Of a DNA stretch of 64,000 bases, positions 30,385 to 38,678 are shown piece by piece. The stretch lies in assembly GCA_030432635.1 (NCBI GenBank), contig JAUIMB010000011.1:54124-118123 (forward strand), read 5' to 3'. Origin of the DNA: Bacteroidia bacterium. Its GTDB lineage: Bacteria > Bacteroidota > Bacteroidia > Flavobacteriales > Flavobacteriaceae. Under the pieces are notes generated by a model. That model was not told where the DNA came from and did not search any database. It saw only the letters and a program-made list of their open reading frames with translations. Numbering within the stretch: position 1 is the stretch's first letter; each line of letters opens with the position of its first letter. Made by a program: the position numbers and the translations under genes.

Positions 30385-30918
30385 TTATTTATCTTTTTTT
30401 CTACGTTTAGACATTCCTTTTTTATTATAAAAAATTTGCAATTCTTTTAAATCAAGTTCACTGTCTTGATTTGTATCAATTTCATGAAAATTTTTAATTA
30501 AGTCTCGCTTATCCTTTGCTGCAACTTCTAATTCATTTAAAGTACCATCTTTATTATCATCAACTTCTTTTAAAATTTTTTCAGCTGATATTTTCTTTGG
30601 TTTTTTTCTATCGTTTAGTGATGCTTTTAATTCTTCTAAGTCTATTAGCTCATCGCTATTGGTGTCTATTGCGTCAAAATCTTGAGCAATTTTACCTCTT
30701 TCATCGTTTGAAGCTTCTTCTTTATCGATAACACCATCACCATTTGTATCTAGCTTTGAAAATATTTCGGTAGCATCTGGCTTTTTATTTCTTTGTTGAT
30801 CTCCGCCTTGTCCTCTTCCTACTCTTTGTCCACCACCACGATATCCCTGAGCAGACAAACTAATAGAAAACAGTAGTACAACTACAGTAAAAGTCAATTT
30901 CATGTTATTATTTCTCAT
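30385..30918 (-). CDS. Exported EF-hand protein (4 EF-hands)
   Basis: Signal peptide; loops DTNGDGVIDKEE, DTNSDELIDLEE, DDNKDGTLNELE, DTNQDSELDLKE. Confidence 0.9.
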   Translation of the reverse strand: MRNNNMKLTFTVVVLLFSISLSAQGYRGGGQRVGRGQGGDQQRNKKPDATEIFSKLDTNGDGVIDKEEASNDERGKIAQDFDAIDTNSDELIDLEELKASLNDRKKPKKISAEKILKEVDDNKDGTLNELEVAAKDKRDLIKNFHEIDTNQDSELDLKELQIFYNKKGMSKRRKKDK

Positions 30919-30954
30919 ATTATTGTTTTAATTATTCTTTCTTTTTTTTATTAA

Positions 30955-30982
30955 TAGGAAACTTAAGACCATTTTACTTGCT
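30955..30982 (-). promoter_or_regulatory. Degenerate ECF promoter (AGCAAGTA-N14-TTCCTA)
   Basis: CAAGT and CTA at the same register as in the four exact copies; upstream of EF-hand gene 1. Confidence 0.4.
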
Positions 30983-31084
30983 AATCGTAATTTATTTGAT
31001 ATCAACGATGGTTTTTAATATTTCTGAATATTCTCATGATATTTTTAGATTTAAGTGGCTTAGATAATTTCTAACTCTCAAACT

Positions 31085-31113
31085 AAAAAAGCTTCGCAAT
31101 CGCTCACGAAGCT
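31085..31113 (-). terminator. Intrinsic terminator after EF-hand gene 2
   Basis: AGCTTCG-loop-CGAAGCT followed by a T-tract on the minus strand. Confidence 0.8.
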
Positions 31114-31186
31114 TTTCCTACTAACAATAATTAACCAATCAAAATCACTAATTCTTGGACTAACTCAAATTCTTGTTTTCTTAGGT

Positions 31187-31474
31187 CTACTCATTACGTT
31201 CTTTTCTTTTCGGCTTTGGTGCTTTTTTTAATTCTTCTTCAGAAATAAAACCATCTTCATCTGTATCTATTTTAGTAAATTCATCTTTTAACGGTCCTTT
31301 AACTTCATCTTTAGAAAGCTTACCATCTTCATTGGCATCCATTTCCTTTAAAAGTTGTTCAAATGTTGGTGGTTTTTTTCGTTCCTTACCTTGAGGTTGT
31401 CCAAATGAACTATTTGACATAAACAATGCTATTCCAAATACGATAACTACGGTTTTTAATGTGCTACTTTTCAT
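31187..31474 (-). CDS. Exported EF-hand protein (2 EF-hands); ORF track start 31594 is probably too long
   Basis: Signal MKSSTLKTVVIVFGIALF; loops DANEDGKLSKDE and DTDEDGFISEEE; the promoter at 31502-31529 lies inside the extended ORF. Confidence 0.88.
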   Translation of the reverse strand: MKSSTLKTVVIVFGIALFMSNSSFGQPQGKERKKPPTFEQLLKEMDANEDGKLSKDEVKGPLKDEFTKIDTDEDGFISEEELKKAPKPKRKERNE

Positions 31475-31501
31475 AATTAAATTTTTATTATTACATAGGT
31501 T

Positions 31502-31529
31502 TAGATGTAGAAGGCGCTGATAACTTGTG
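31502..31529 (-). promoter_or_regulatory. Putative ECF promoter CACAAGTT-N14-CATCTA
   Basis: Exact motif and spacing, 28 nt upstream of ATG 31474. Confidence 0.75.
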
Positions 31530-31601
31530 CTTTGTTTTGTTAAATAAAACACAAAAAAAAGACCTTCAACAAAACTGAAAGCCTTTATAATCAATTAACA
31601 A

Positions 31602-32105
31602 TTAATCACGTCTAGGTGGATGCCTACGACCATCTTTACCTTGAGGTGGTGGAGGTCTGTTTCCTTGATCTCCCTGACGCAATGCATCCATAAGTATAGT
31701 TTTAAATTTTTCTTTTTGCTTATCATTTGCAATGCCTTGTATCGCTCTAAAATGATAAAATATTTCTTTTTCTTTTTCTTTTTCTTTTTCACAAATTAAT
31801 GATGTCAAAGAATCTATAACGGATTCATTTACAGACTTATCAAACAACGTAGGAAACAAATCATCTTTTAAACTTCTAATCTCATCTGATAAACGCATCA
31901 TAGTTTTATGGTGTTTTTCACTACTAGCATTAAACTGTTCCAACTGCGCTGTATCAAATCCAAGTTCTTTCACGATAAAATCTCTATTTCTATGTGGTTC
32001 TCTTATCTTATTATCGTTTCCGCCTTTCAGGTAGTTGACTAGAAAAAACCCATTGACTATAATAAGAAAAATAAGCAAAACGTATAAAATGGTATTCCTC
32101 TTCAT
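31602..32105 (-). CDS. Spy/CpxP-like (periplasmic heavy-metal-sensor type) protein
   Basis: N-terminal TM, KELGFDTAQLEQF and final QKEKFK helices, His residues (KHHK, FYHF). Confidence 0.7.
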   Translation of the reverse strand: MKRNTILYVLLIFLIIVNGFFLVNYLKGGNDNKIREPHRNRDFIVKELGFDTAQLEQFNASSEKHHKTMMRLSDEIRSLKDDLFPTLFDKSVNESVIDSLTSLICEKEKEKEKEIFYHFRAIQGIANDKQKEKFKTILMDALRQGDQGNRPPPPQGKDGRRHPPRRD

Positions 32106-32108
32106 GAT

Positions 32109-32420
32109 TTAATTAAATATAGTGGTTTCAGTAGTTGTAGATAAGCCATAAGATTCAGCAAATTGGTTTAAATTCTCATTATAAGTTGATTCTTTAATCT
32201 TGGTAAAAGCAAATACATTTAAAATGATAACGCAAGCTAATGTCGCCAATTGCAATTGAGGCGTAAACCAAGACCAAAGTTTTTGTTTTTCTTCCTTTTT
32301 AACAAATAAACGATCTAAGGTTTTATCTTTAAAAAAAGGAGATACTTTCACTTCTTCGATATGATTAACACTATCAAAAACTGCATCTATCTTATCTTGT
32401 ATGTTCTTATTTGTTTTCAT
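32109..32420 (-). CDS. Probable anti-sigma factor (single TM)
   Basis: VKVSPFFKDKTL motif and TM LQLATLACVIILNVFAF; directly after the ECF sigma gene. Confidence 0.65.
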   Translation of the reverse strand: MKTNKNIQDKIDAVFDSVNHIEEVKVSPFFKDKTLDRLFVKKEEKQKLWSWFTPQLQLATLACVIILNVFAFTKIKESTYNENLNQFAESYGLSTTTETTIFN

Positions 32421-32431
32421 TGTTATTTATT

Positions 32432-32459
32432 TAGATGTTTTTTCTTGAAAAAACTTGTA
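32432..32459 (-). promoter_or_regulatory. Putative ECF promoter TACAAGTT-N14-CATCTA
   Basis: Fills the 39-bp gap between the sigma stop codon and the anti-sigma ATG. Confidence 0.75.
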
Positions 32460-33038
32460 CTACTGTTCATTTTTATAAAAATTTCCTAAAGCCTTTTGTA
32501 AATTTTTCTTTGCCCTAAACATTAATGATTCAACCGATGACAAACTCTTTTCGGTGATATCACTAACTTCTTGATAGCTCTTTCCATCAACTTTGTGTAA
32601 TGTAAATACAAGTCGTTGCGCTTCAGGCAAACCATTGATTGCAAAAAAAAGAGTGTCGCTTTTTTCTTTATTTTCTAGAATAATTCCAGGATGGTTCATT
32701 TCGGTGAAATAATTAGTTTTATCAATTTCAAACCCATCTCCAGTTAATGATTGTAAAAAGGCAAAACGCTTTTTAGTGTTACGCTTACGAATAAATTCCA
32801 AACATTTATTAGTCGCAATTCTATATATCCATGTAGAGAGTTTAGATTGGCCCTTAAACTTTGAAATGGAATTAAAGACTTCAACAAAAACCTCTTGTGC
32901 TATATCTTCGGCATCTTCTTTGTTTGGCACGAAAGACAAGCAGGTTCCATATACTTTATGCTGAAAATCATCAAGCAGTTTTGCATAAGCAATTCTACTC
33001 TTGTTTCTCAACTCTTTTATAAATTCGGCTTCCGTCAA
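32460..33038 (-). CDS. ECF sigma-70 factor (TTG start)
   Basis: DAEDIAQEVFVEVF, STWIYRIATNKCL and LPEAQRLVF...SYQEVS...SVESLMFRAKKNL. Confidence 0.92.
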   Translation of the reverse strand: MTEAEFIKELRNKSRIAYAKLLDDFQHKVYGTCLSFVPNKEDAEDIAQEVFVEVFNSISKFKGQSKLSTWIYRIATNKCLEFIRKRNTKKRFAFLQSLTGDGFEIDKTNYFTEMNHPGIILENKEKSDTLFFAINGLPEAQRLVFTLHKVDGKSYQEVSDITEKSLSSVESLMFRAKKNLQKALGNFYKNEQ

Positions 33039-33069
33039 AAATCTAGTTAAATTTTACGATGTACAAATT

Positions 33070-33097
33070 TAGATGCGCTTCAGAATAAAAACTTGCG
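33070..33097 (-). promoter_or_regulatory. Putative autoregulatory ECF promoter CGCAAGTT-N14-CATCTA
   Basis: Exact motif 32 nt upstream of the sigma start. Confidence 0.78.
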
Positions 33098-33156
33098 TTT
33101 TTAATAATCCAAAAAAACAACAGTAGAAATACACACTTAGTAATGCTATGCTAATT

Positions 33157-33759
33157 TTAAATAAATTTGGTGAAACATCTCTTACCTAATAAGACTATAG
33201 GAATCAGCAATAGACTCCACAAATAACTCTTATTAAAACCTTTTGACCGTCTTTCAACCATCGCATCATTTTCAAGGTCAACTGACATTTCATAAGCATT
33301 GTTTTGATTTAAAATCACCTTGCTTGTGGTCCCATTTAAAAAGAGCGAGAAAATCGTTTGATGTTGTCCATTTTCAGAAAACGCCTTGATACTGACGTCC
33401 ATAGTATCAAATTCATTGGGTAGTGTACTTATCACAAACTTCAAATCGGTTTGGTGGCTACCCAATTTTATTCCGCCTTCCAAAAGTTTTATGTCTCTAC
33501 CATTGATACTGAGTTCAAAATTTTCCTTGATATAATTTACGGCTAATTTCTTATATTCTTTATCAAACATGGCTTCTAAATCCTTTTGAGGATATTGCTT
33601 TTTAAGCGCCTTATGTAAGCCGTCTTGGCTTAAATTGATGGTTAGCACGCTCATATGCTCCTTCACTTCTAGATAGTAGAGAGCCGATAAAGGGTTATGA
33701 GCTTCCACTATGTTCAATGAACCAATGAAAACCAAAATCAGGACGAAGAGTTGTCTCAT
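33157..33759 (-). CDS. Exported protein with N-terminal His and a C-terminal TM anchor (DUF6702-like); ORF track start 33795
   Basis: Signal MRQLFV...VEA then mature HNPLS; C-terminal hydrophobic YLWSLLLIPIVLL. Confidence 0.55.
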   Translation of the reverse strand: MRQLFVLILVFIGSLNIVEAHNPLSALYYLEVKEHMSVLTINLSQDGLHKALKKQYPQKDLEAMFDKEYKKLAVNYIKENFELSINGRDIKLLEGGIKLGSHQTDLKFVISTLPNEFDTMDVSIKAFSENGQHQTIFSLFLNGTTSKVILNQNNAYEMSVDLENDAMVERRSKGFNKSYLWSLLLIPIVLLGKRCFTKFI

Positions 33760-33760
33760 A

Positions 33761-34768
33761 TCATTGAAAGGCAAAACTATTGACGGCTGCCACACCTTTT
33801 AAGCATTTTGGAACATTAGGTGCTTCGGTAGTGCTTGCCACATAGTGGTAGATACCATCGGGAAATTCTGATGTGATTGCTTCAATACCTCCACATTCAT
33901 CCAAACCTTCTGGTTCATTTTCGTAGGCATAAATTGGAAATCCATCTTTCGCAAAGCCTATGAGTTTACGACCTGAAACCTGATTGACCAACGTACAGGA
34001 TACATCGTCAATAGTATTGGATTCCAATACCTTATTCATAACTTCCGACACGAAATGCAGATGATAATATCCTGCTGGATCATGATGACCACCACAAGGG
34101 TCAATTGCTGGAATATTTCCTACACCAAGCACTGGTCCGTTCACTACTGAAGGTGGATCTCCATTAATAGGCACACCATCTGTAGAAAGACCAATAAGCT
34201 CAACAGTATCTATATTGTTATTGCTAGTAGCCAATTTTGGCACTGCAGGTATCAAGAAAGTCAATTGTATATTATTATCAGGAACGGCTTCCAAACAAAA
34301 AGAAAAACCGCCTGGATTTGGTGGCCCAGACAAGTCATCGATATATATTTCTCCAGTATTTCCAATAATATCATAACCATCAGCTTCCATAGCATTAAAT
34401 AAAGTGGCCTTTAAAACCTGAAAACCAGGATTCGTCGCACCATCATATATACCCAATCCACCAATATCATTTATGGTTTCAGGGCAAAAAGGACCGCTTT
34501 CCAATGGGTTACTTGAAAAAACCAATCGATAGCACTCGCCTTCCGTTCCATCCTCAAAATCACAATCCACTTTATTATAACTCACTAAAGATGTAGCATT
34601 GAAAAATGCCTCCTGAATCACCTCTTCATTGGTATCAGGAATGTTAGCATTTCCATCGTCATCATTTTCACAAGCTGAAACAACAAGCATTAAAGCCAGT
34701 AATATGACACCATATTTACTGAGAGAGCTTTGAGTCTTCGTGTATATGTTCTTCCAATTCATTTTCAT
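33761..34768 (-). CDS. Second YHYH-domain lipoprotein
   Basis: Lipobox VSAC-ENDDD; DGVPING, DPCGGHHDPAGYYHLH, GFAKDGFPIY, LDECGG and GIYHY motifs. Confidence 0.82.
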   Translation of the reverse strand: MKMNWKNIYTKTQSSLSKYGVILLALMLVVSACENDDDGNANIPDTNEEVIQEAFFNATSLVSYNKVDCDFEDGTEGECYRLVFSSNPLESGPFCPETINDIGGLGIYDGATNPGFQVLKATLFNAMEADGYDIIGNTGEIYIDDLSGPPNPGGFSFCLEAVPDNNIQLTFLIPAVPKLATSNNNIDTVELIGLSTDGVPINGDPPSVVNGPVLGVGNIPAIDPCGGHHDPAGYYHLHFVSEVMNKVLESNTIDDVSCTLVNQVSGRKLIGFAKDGFPIYAYENEPEGLDECGGIEAITSEFPDGIYHYVASTTEAPNVPKCLKGVAAVNSFAFQ

Positions 34769-35020
34769 AAAATTTTAAAATCTTTCATTAAAACCTTACT
34801 AAGGTAATAATACCTATTAAAAGACATATGAATTTGAAAGAAAAATTAAATCAGTGCGACTCGATCTCCCAAAATGAAGACCTTATAACACTTTGAGATA
34901 AAGTCTCAAATATCCCAACTTTTAGTGTACCTTTGCATGCTTTTTAAAAGTTCGCAGTGTATCATCGCAAAATAACATTTTTAAAATGACAACACTGTAA
35001 CTGAATACCGAACACAAGAC

Positions 35021-36238
35021 ATGCGATTACACCGAAATTTATGCTTTGCAGTTATCGACGGACTCACACTCATTTTTAATGAGGAAAAGTATGCTGATAA
35101 AGTGATACAACAACTCCTCAAAAGAGATAAACGTTGGGGAAGTCGTGATCGTGCCTTTGTTGCTGAAACCACGTATGACATTGTACGCTGGAAACGTTTG
35201 TACGCTGAAATTGCTGAAGTAAAAGCTCCTTTTGACAGAGATAACCTATGGCGCATTTTTGCAGTTTGGGCAACGCTTAGAGGTATAAAATTACCTGATT
35301 GGAAGTATTTTGACAATACACCTACTCGAAAAATAAAAGGTCGTTTTGATGAACTGTCCCAAATTAGAAAATTTAAGGAATCCATTCCTGATTGGTTGGA
35401 TGATCTTGGTGTAGCTTCTCTGGGTGAGTCTAAATGGACCAAAGAAATCACTGCATTAAATGAGCAAGCCGATGTCATTTTAAGGGTAAATACACTTAAA
35501 ACATCAAAAGAAAAACTACAATCGCTATTATTCGATGACCAAATCGAAACAGAAAGTATTAAGGGCTATCCAAATGCTCTTCGACTTAAAGAAAGAGCAA
35601 ATGTATTTCAAACGGAAGCCTTTAAAAATGGCTATTTTGAAGTTCAAGATGCGTCGTCTCAATTAGTGGCAGAGTTTTTGAACGTTAAACCAGGAATGCG
35701 TGTTGTTGATGCTTGTGCTGGTGCTGGTGGCAAGGCACTTCACATTGCGTCATTAATGGAAAACAAAGGTCAGGTAATTGCATTGGATATTTATGCCAAC
35801 AAATTGCTAGAGCTTAAACGGCGAGCAAAACGCAACAGTGCATTCAATATTGAAACACGACCGATAGATTCAACAAAAGTGATCAAAAAACTCTATAACA
35901 AAGCTGATCGTGTGCTTATTGACGCACCTTGTTCTGGTTTGGGTGTTTTGAGAAGAAATCCAGATGCAAAATGGAAATTGAAATCTGAATTTATCGAAGA
36001 AATAAAAACTACCCAAAAGGATATTTTACAACAATATTCAAGGATGGTAAAAAATGATGGACAGCTGGTTTATGCAACCTGTTCTATCCTACCTTCTGAA
36101 AATAGGGAACAAATTGATTATTTTTTAACAACCGAAACGGGAAAAGACTTTACTTTTGTAAAAGATAAGACCATTTATGCACATGAATCTGGATTTGACG
36201 GATTTTACATGGCATTGTTAAAGAAAGGAAACATTTAA
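35021..36238 (+). CDS. RsmB/NOP2-family RNA m5C methyltransferase
   Basis: FEVQDASSQL, DACAGAGGK, DAPCSGLG and VYATCS motifs; TACCTTTG promoter at 34928-34935. Confidence 0.92.
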   Translation: MRLHRNLCFAVIDGLTLIFNEEKYADKVIQQLLKRDKRWGSRDRAFVAETTYDIVRWKRLYAEIAEVKAPFDRDNLWRIFAVWATLRGIKLPDWKYFDNTPTRKIKGRFDELSQIRKFKESIPDWLDDLGVASLGESKWTKEITALNEQADVILRVNTLKTSKEKLQSLLFDDQIETESIKGYPNALRLKERANVFQTEAFKNGYFEVQDASSQLVAEFLNVKPGMRVVDACAGAGGKALHIASLMENKGQVIALDIYANKLLELKRRAKRNSAFNIETRPIDSTKVIKKLYNKADRVLIDAPCSGLGVLRRNPDAKWKLKSEFIEEIKTTQKDILQQYSRMVKNDGQLVYATCSILPSENREQIDYFLTTETGKDFTFVKDKTIYAHESGFDGFYMALLKKGNI

Positions 36239-36287
36239 ATATGAACGAAAGTCATCATGACAATTAAATTTGATAACAATTATTAAC

Positions 36288-37370
36288 ATGAAATACATCT
36301 ACTTATTAGTAACAATCCTCACTGTTTATACCGCATCTGCCCAAATTCCAGACGGTTATTATGATTCAGCAACTGGAACAGGATTCACCTTAAAAACACA
36401 GTTGAAAAACATTATTGATGACATCAATGATGGTAATGGTCAGGTATTCCATAGTCCTGTTGGATATAACGACTTATGGGATGTATATGAAACTTCAGAC
36501 GTTAGACCTGATGGCAAGGTTTGGGACATGTACAGTGCTTGTAATTTTACATTTGTAGTTGATCAAGACAACGGATCAGGTGGTGGAAGCGAATGTGATA
36601 AATTCAATAGAGAGCATAGCTTCCCAAGAAGTTGGTTTGGCGACAACTCAGGACTTCCAATTTTTACAGATGCCTTTCACGTGATTCCTGCAGATAAGAA
36701 AGTTAATGGAACTCGTGGCAACTTAGCCTATGGTGAAGTACAATCTGCCAATTACACCACGTTAAACGGATCCCAAATTGGATCGAGCAGTATCACAGGA
36801 CCCACTGGCAATGTGTTTGAACCTGCAGATGAATTCAAAGGTGATATCGCTAGAGGTTACTTTTACATAGCCACGCGTTATGAAGATTTGATTTCAGGAT
36901 GGGAAGCCAATGACACAGATGGAGACAGTATGCTAGATGGTTCGAGTAACCGTGTTTTTGAACAATGGGCTTTAGATATGCTATATGATTGGCATATTCA
37001 AGATCCTGTAAGTCAAAAGGAAATTGACAGAAACAATGCTATTTTTAATGCGCAAGATAACAGGAACCCTTTTATTGATAATCCGCAGTACGTTTTTGAT
37101 ATATGGCAAAGTGTGTTATCTGTTGAGGAATTTGATGCAAATGTTGCCGTCAAAATATTTCCAAATCCAGTAAATGGTAATGAAGTTACCATAATTTCCA
37201 ATAAAGATCTCGTTGCTGAAGTTTATAATGTCTTAGGAAAAAAAGTTAAGGTTCAGAACATTTCAGCCAATCAAAAAAAGCTTAATATCTCTGGCCTATC
37301 CCAAGGTGTTTATTTAATACGTCTTGAATCTGAAAATGGTAGCACAACAAAAAAGCTAGTCAAACAATAG
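36288..37370 (+). CDS. Secreted endonuclease I-family nuclease with T9SS sorting domain (ORF track start 36270)
   Basis: FNREHSFPRSW, DAFHV, KGDIARGYFY.ATRY and GNRNPFID-like motifs; IFPNPVNG CTD; TAAATTTG at 36265-36272. Confidence 0.9.
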   Translation: MKYIYLLVTILTVYTASAQIPDGYYDSATGTGFTLKTQLKNIIDDINDGNGQVFHSPVGYNDLWDVYETSDVRPDGKVWDMYSACNFTFVVDQDNGSGGGSECDKFNREHSFPRSWFGDNSGLPIFTDAFHVIPADKKVNGTRGNLAYGEVQSANYTTLNGSQIGSSSITGPTGNVFEPADEFKGDIARGYFYIATRYEDLISGWEANDTDGDSMLDGSSNRVFEQWALDMLYDWHIQDPVSQKEIDRNNAIFNAQDNRNPFIDNPQYVFDIWQSVLSVEEFDANVAVKIFPNPVNGNEVTIISNKDLVAEVYNVLGKKVKVQNISANQKKLNISGLSQGVYLIRLESENGSTTKKLVKQ

Positions 37371-37385
37371 GCTCGATTTAACTCT

Positions 37386-37416
37386 AAAAAAAGCGACTCA
37401 AAGAGTCGCTTTTTTT
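37386..37416. terminator. Bidirectional intrinsic terminator
   Basis: A7-gcgactc-aaa-gagtcgc-T7 between convergent genes. Confidence 0.88.
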
Positions 37417-37417
37417 A

Positions 37418-38521
37418 TTACATGACAATATCATTTTTCCATTCGTAAGGTTCTGGTATGTCAGTATCATCAATAAGCTGCCTAATATCAATTTCTATAC
37501 CACGGCTCATGTTCGTAATCGGCACATCGTTTGGACCACCCTCAAATGGGTTTTCTGTATTTTCACCAATTGCTTCCATAGTATGGAACACCCAAGCTAA
37601 CAAAGTACTAAATGGAATGGAAAACCAAACAAAATGATGGGCAATAAATTCCTGTATTCTATGCAACGTAGTAGTATGGGATTCGTGATTTTCCAGATCT
37701 GCAATTATATGTGCTCCAATATCTTCAAAACCTTCCATGATCCCAAAAGGCAACAAGATGATGAAAATCCACACAAACATATAATTGAGTGTTGCAAACT
37801 GTCTAGGATAAGGAAAGTTCTTAATACGCTCGCTCTTACCTTGCAAAGTGTAAAATTCAACAAGCATGTTAGAAAGTTCCATATGTCTAAAATCCTCAAT
37901 TAAGCCTTGCTGCTTTAACTCCTTCAAACGTCTCGACTGAACACCGAGAAGCTGTGAAGCACGATTTCCTTTTGCAAAGACCTCCTTAAATTCTTCTTCC
38001 GAAATATACCCATGAATAGCATCTTCAATCATTATGGTATCTTCGCAAACCAGATAATGGTTTTCACGGAATTCACGATTCGATTTTTTTGATTTTACGT
38101 GCATTTCCCATGGTTTATCTACTCGCAATTGATAGCGCAAAGCTGTTAACCAGGCCACATGTCGATGCACCAATTCCTTATGGATATTGTGAAGCTCATC
38201 ATCAGAAATACGTGTTGCAGCATGATCATTATTGATAAAATCCTTGACCATAATCGTCCATGATCTCGAGGCATTAACTATGCCTCCCCAAATTTTTCTT
38301 GCTTCCCACAACCTATCATATGAGGCATTATTCTTAAAGCTAACAATGAACGCAACTGCTGTACCCAATACACCCAATGGCAACCATGGTAAATGCAACC
38401 ATTTAAGTCCGAGTAGATCAAAAAGAATAACTGGAATGGTTGATAGTATCAAGAATAAAAAAATATGACGACGCGTCCATTTGATTACGCCTTTAATTGG
38501 AAAAATCCTTCTGGTGTACAT
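37418..38521 (-). CDS. Bestrophin-family anion channel (ORF track start 38563)
   Basis: FKNNASYDRLWEARKIWG, ERIKNFPYP and ENPFEG..NDVP motifs. Confidence 0.88.
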   Translation of the reverse strand: MYTRRIFPIKGVIKWTRRHIFLFLILSTIPVILFDLLGLKWLHLPWLPLGVLGTAVAFIVSFKNNASYDRLWEARKIWGGIVNASRSWTIMVKDFINNDHAATRISDDELHNIHKELVHRHVAWLTALRYQLRVDKPWEMHVKSKKSNREFRENHYLVCEDTIMIEDAIHGYISEEEFKEVFAKGNRASQLLGVQSRRLKELKQQGLIEDFRHMELSNMLVEFYTLQGKSERIKNFPYPRQFATLNYMFVWIFIILLPFGIMEGFEDIGAHIIADLENHESHTTTLHRIQEFIAHHFVWFSIPFSTLLAWVFHTMEAIGENTENPFEGGPNDVPITNMSRGIEIDIRQLIDDTDIPEPYEWKNDIVM

Positions 38522-38678
38522 AAAAATTGAATTAGTTCTTTTAAAAGTAAAAAATCTAATCAATACATTGGTTGAACAATGTGAATTATTTAGTGGATAA
38601 CTACAAATTTTGAGGTTTAAAATAGCGAAAAGTTATATCTAAAAAACGTAAATTTGGACTTTTAAAAGCGACCTTAAA

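Noticed and set aside
31475-31594. Upstream extension of EF-hand gene 2 in the ORF track
   Set aside because: It contains the ECF promoter and would bury the signal peptide.
34891-34910. Palindrome TTTGAGA-TAAAG-TCTCAAA between the divergent YHYH and rsmB-like promoters
   Set aside because: Single 7-bp-arm copy with no candidate regulator; could be chance.
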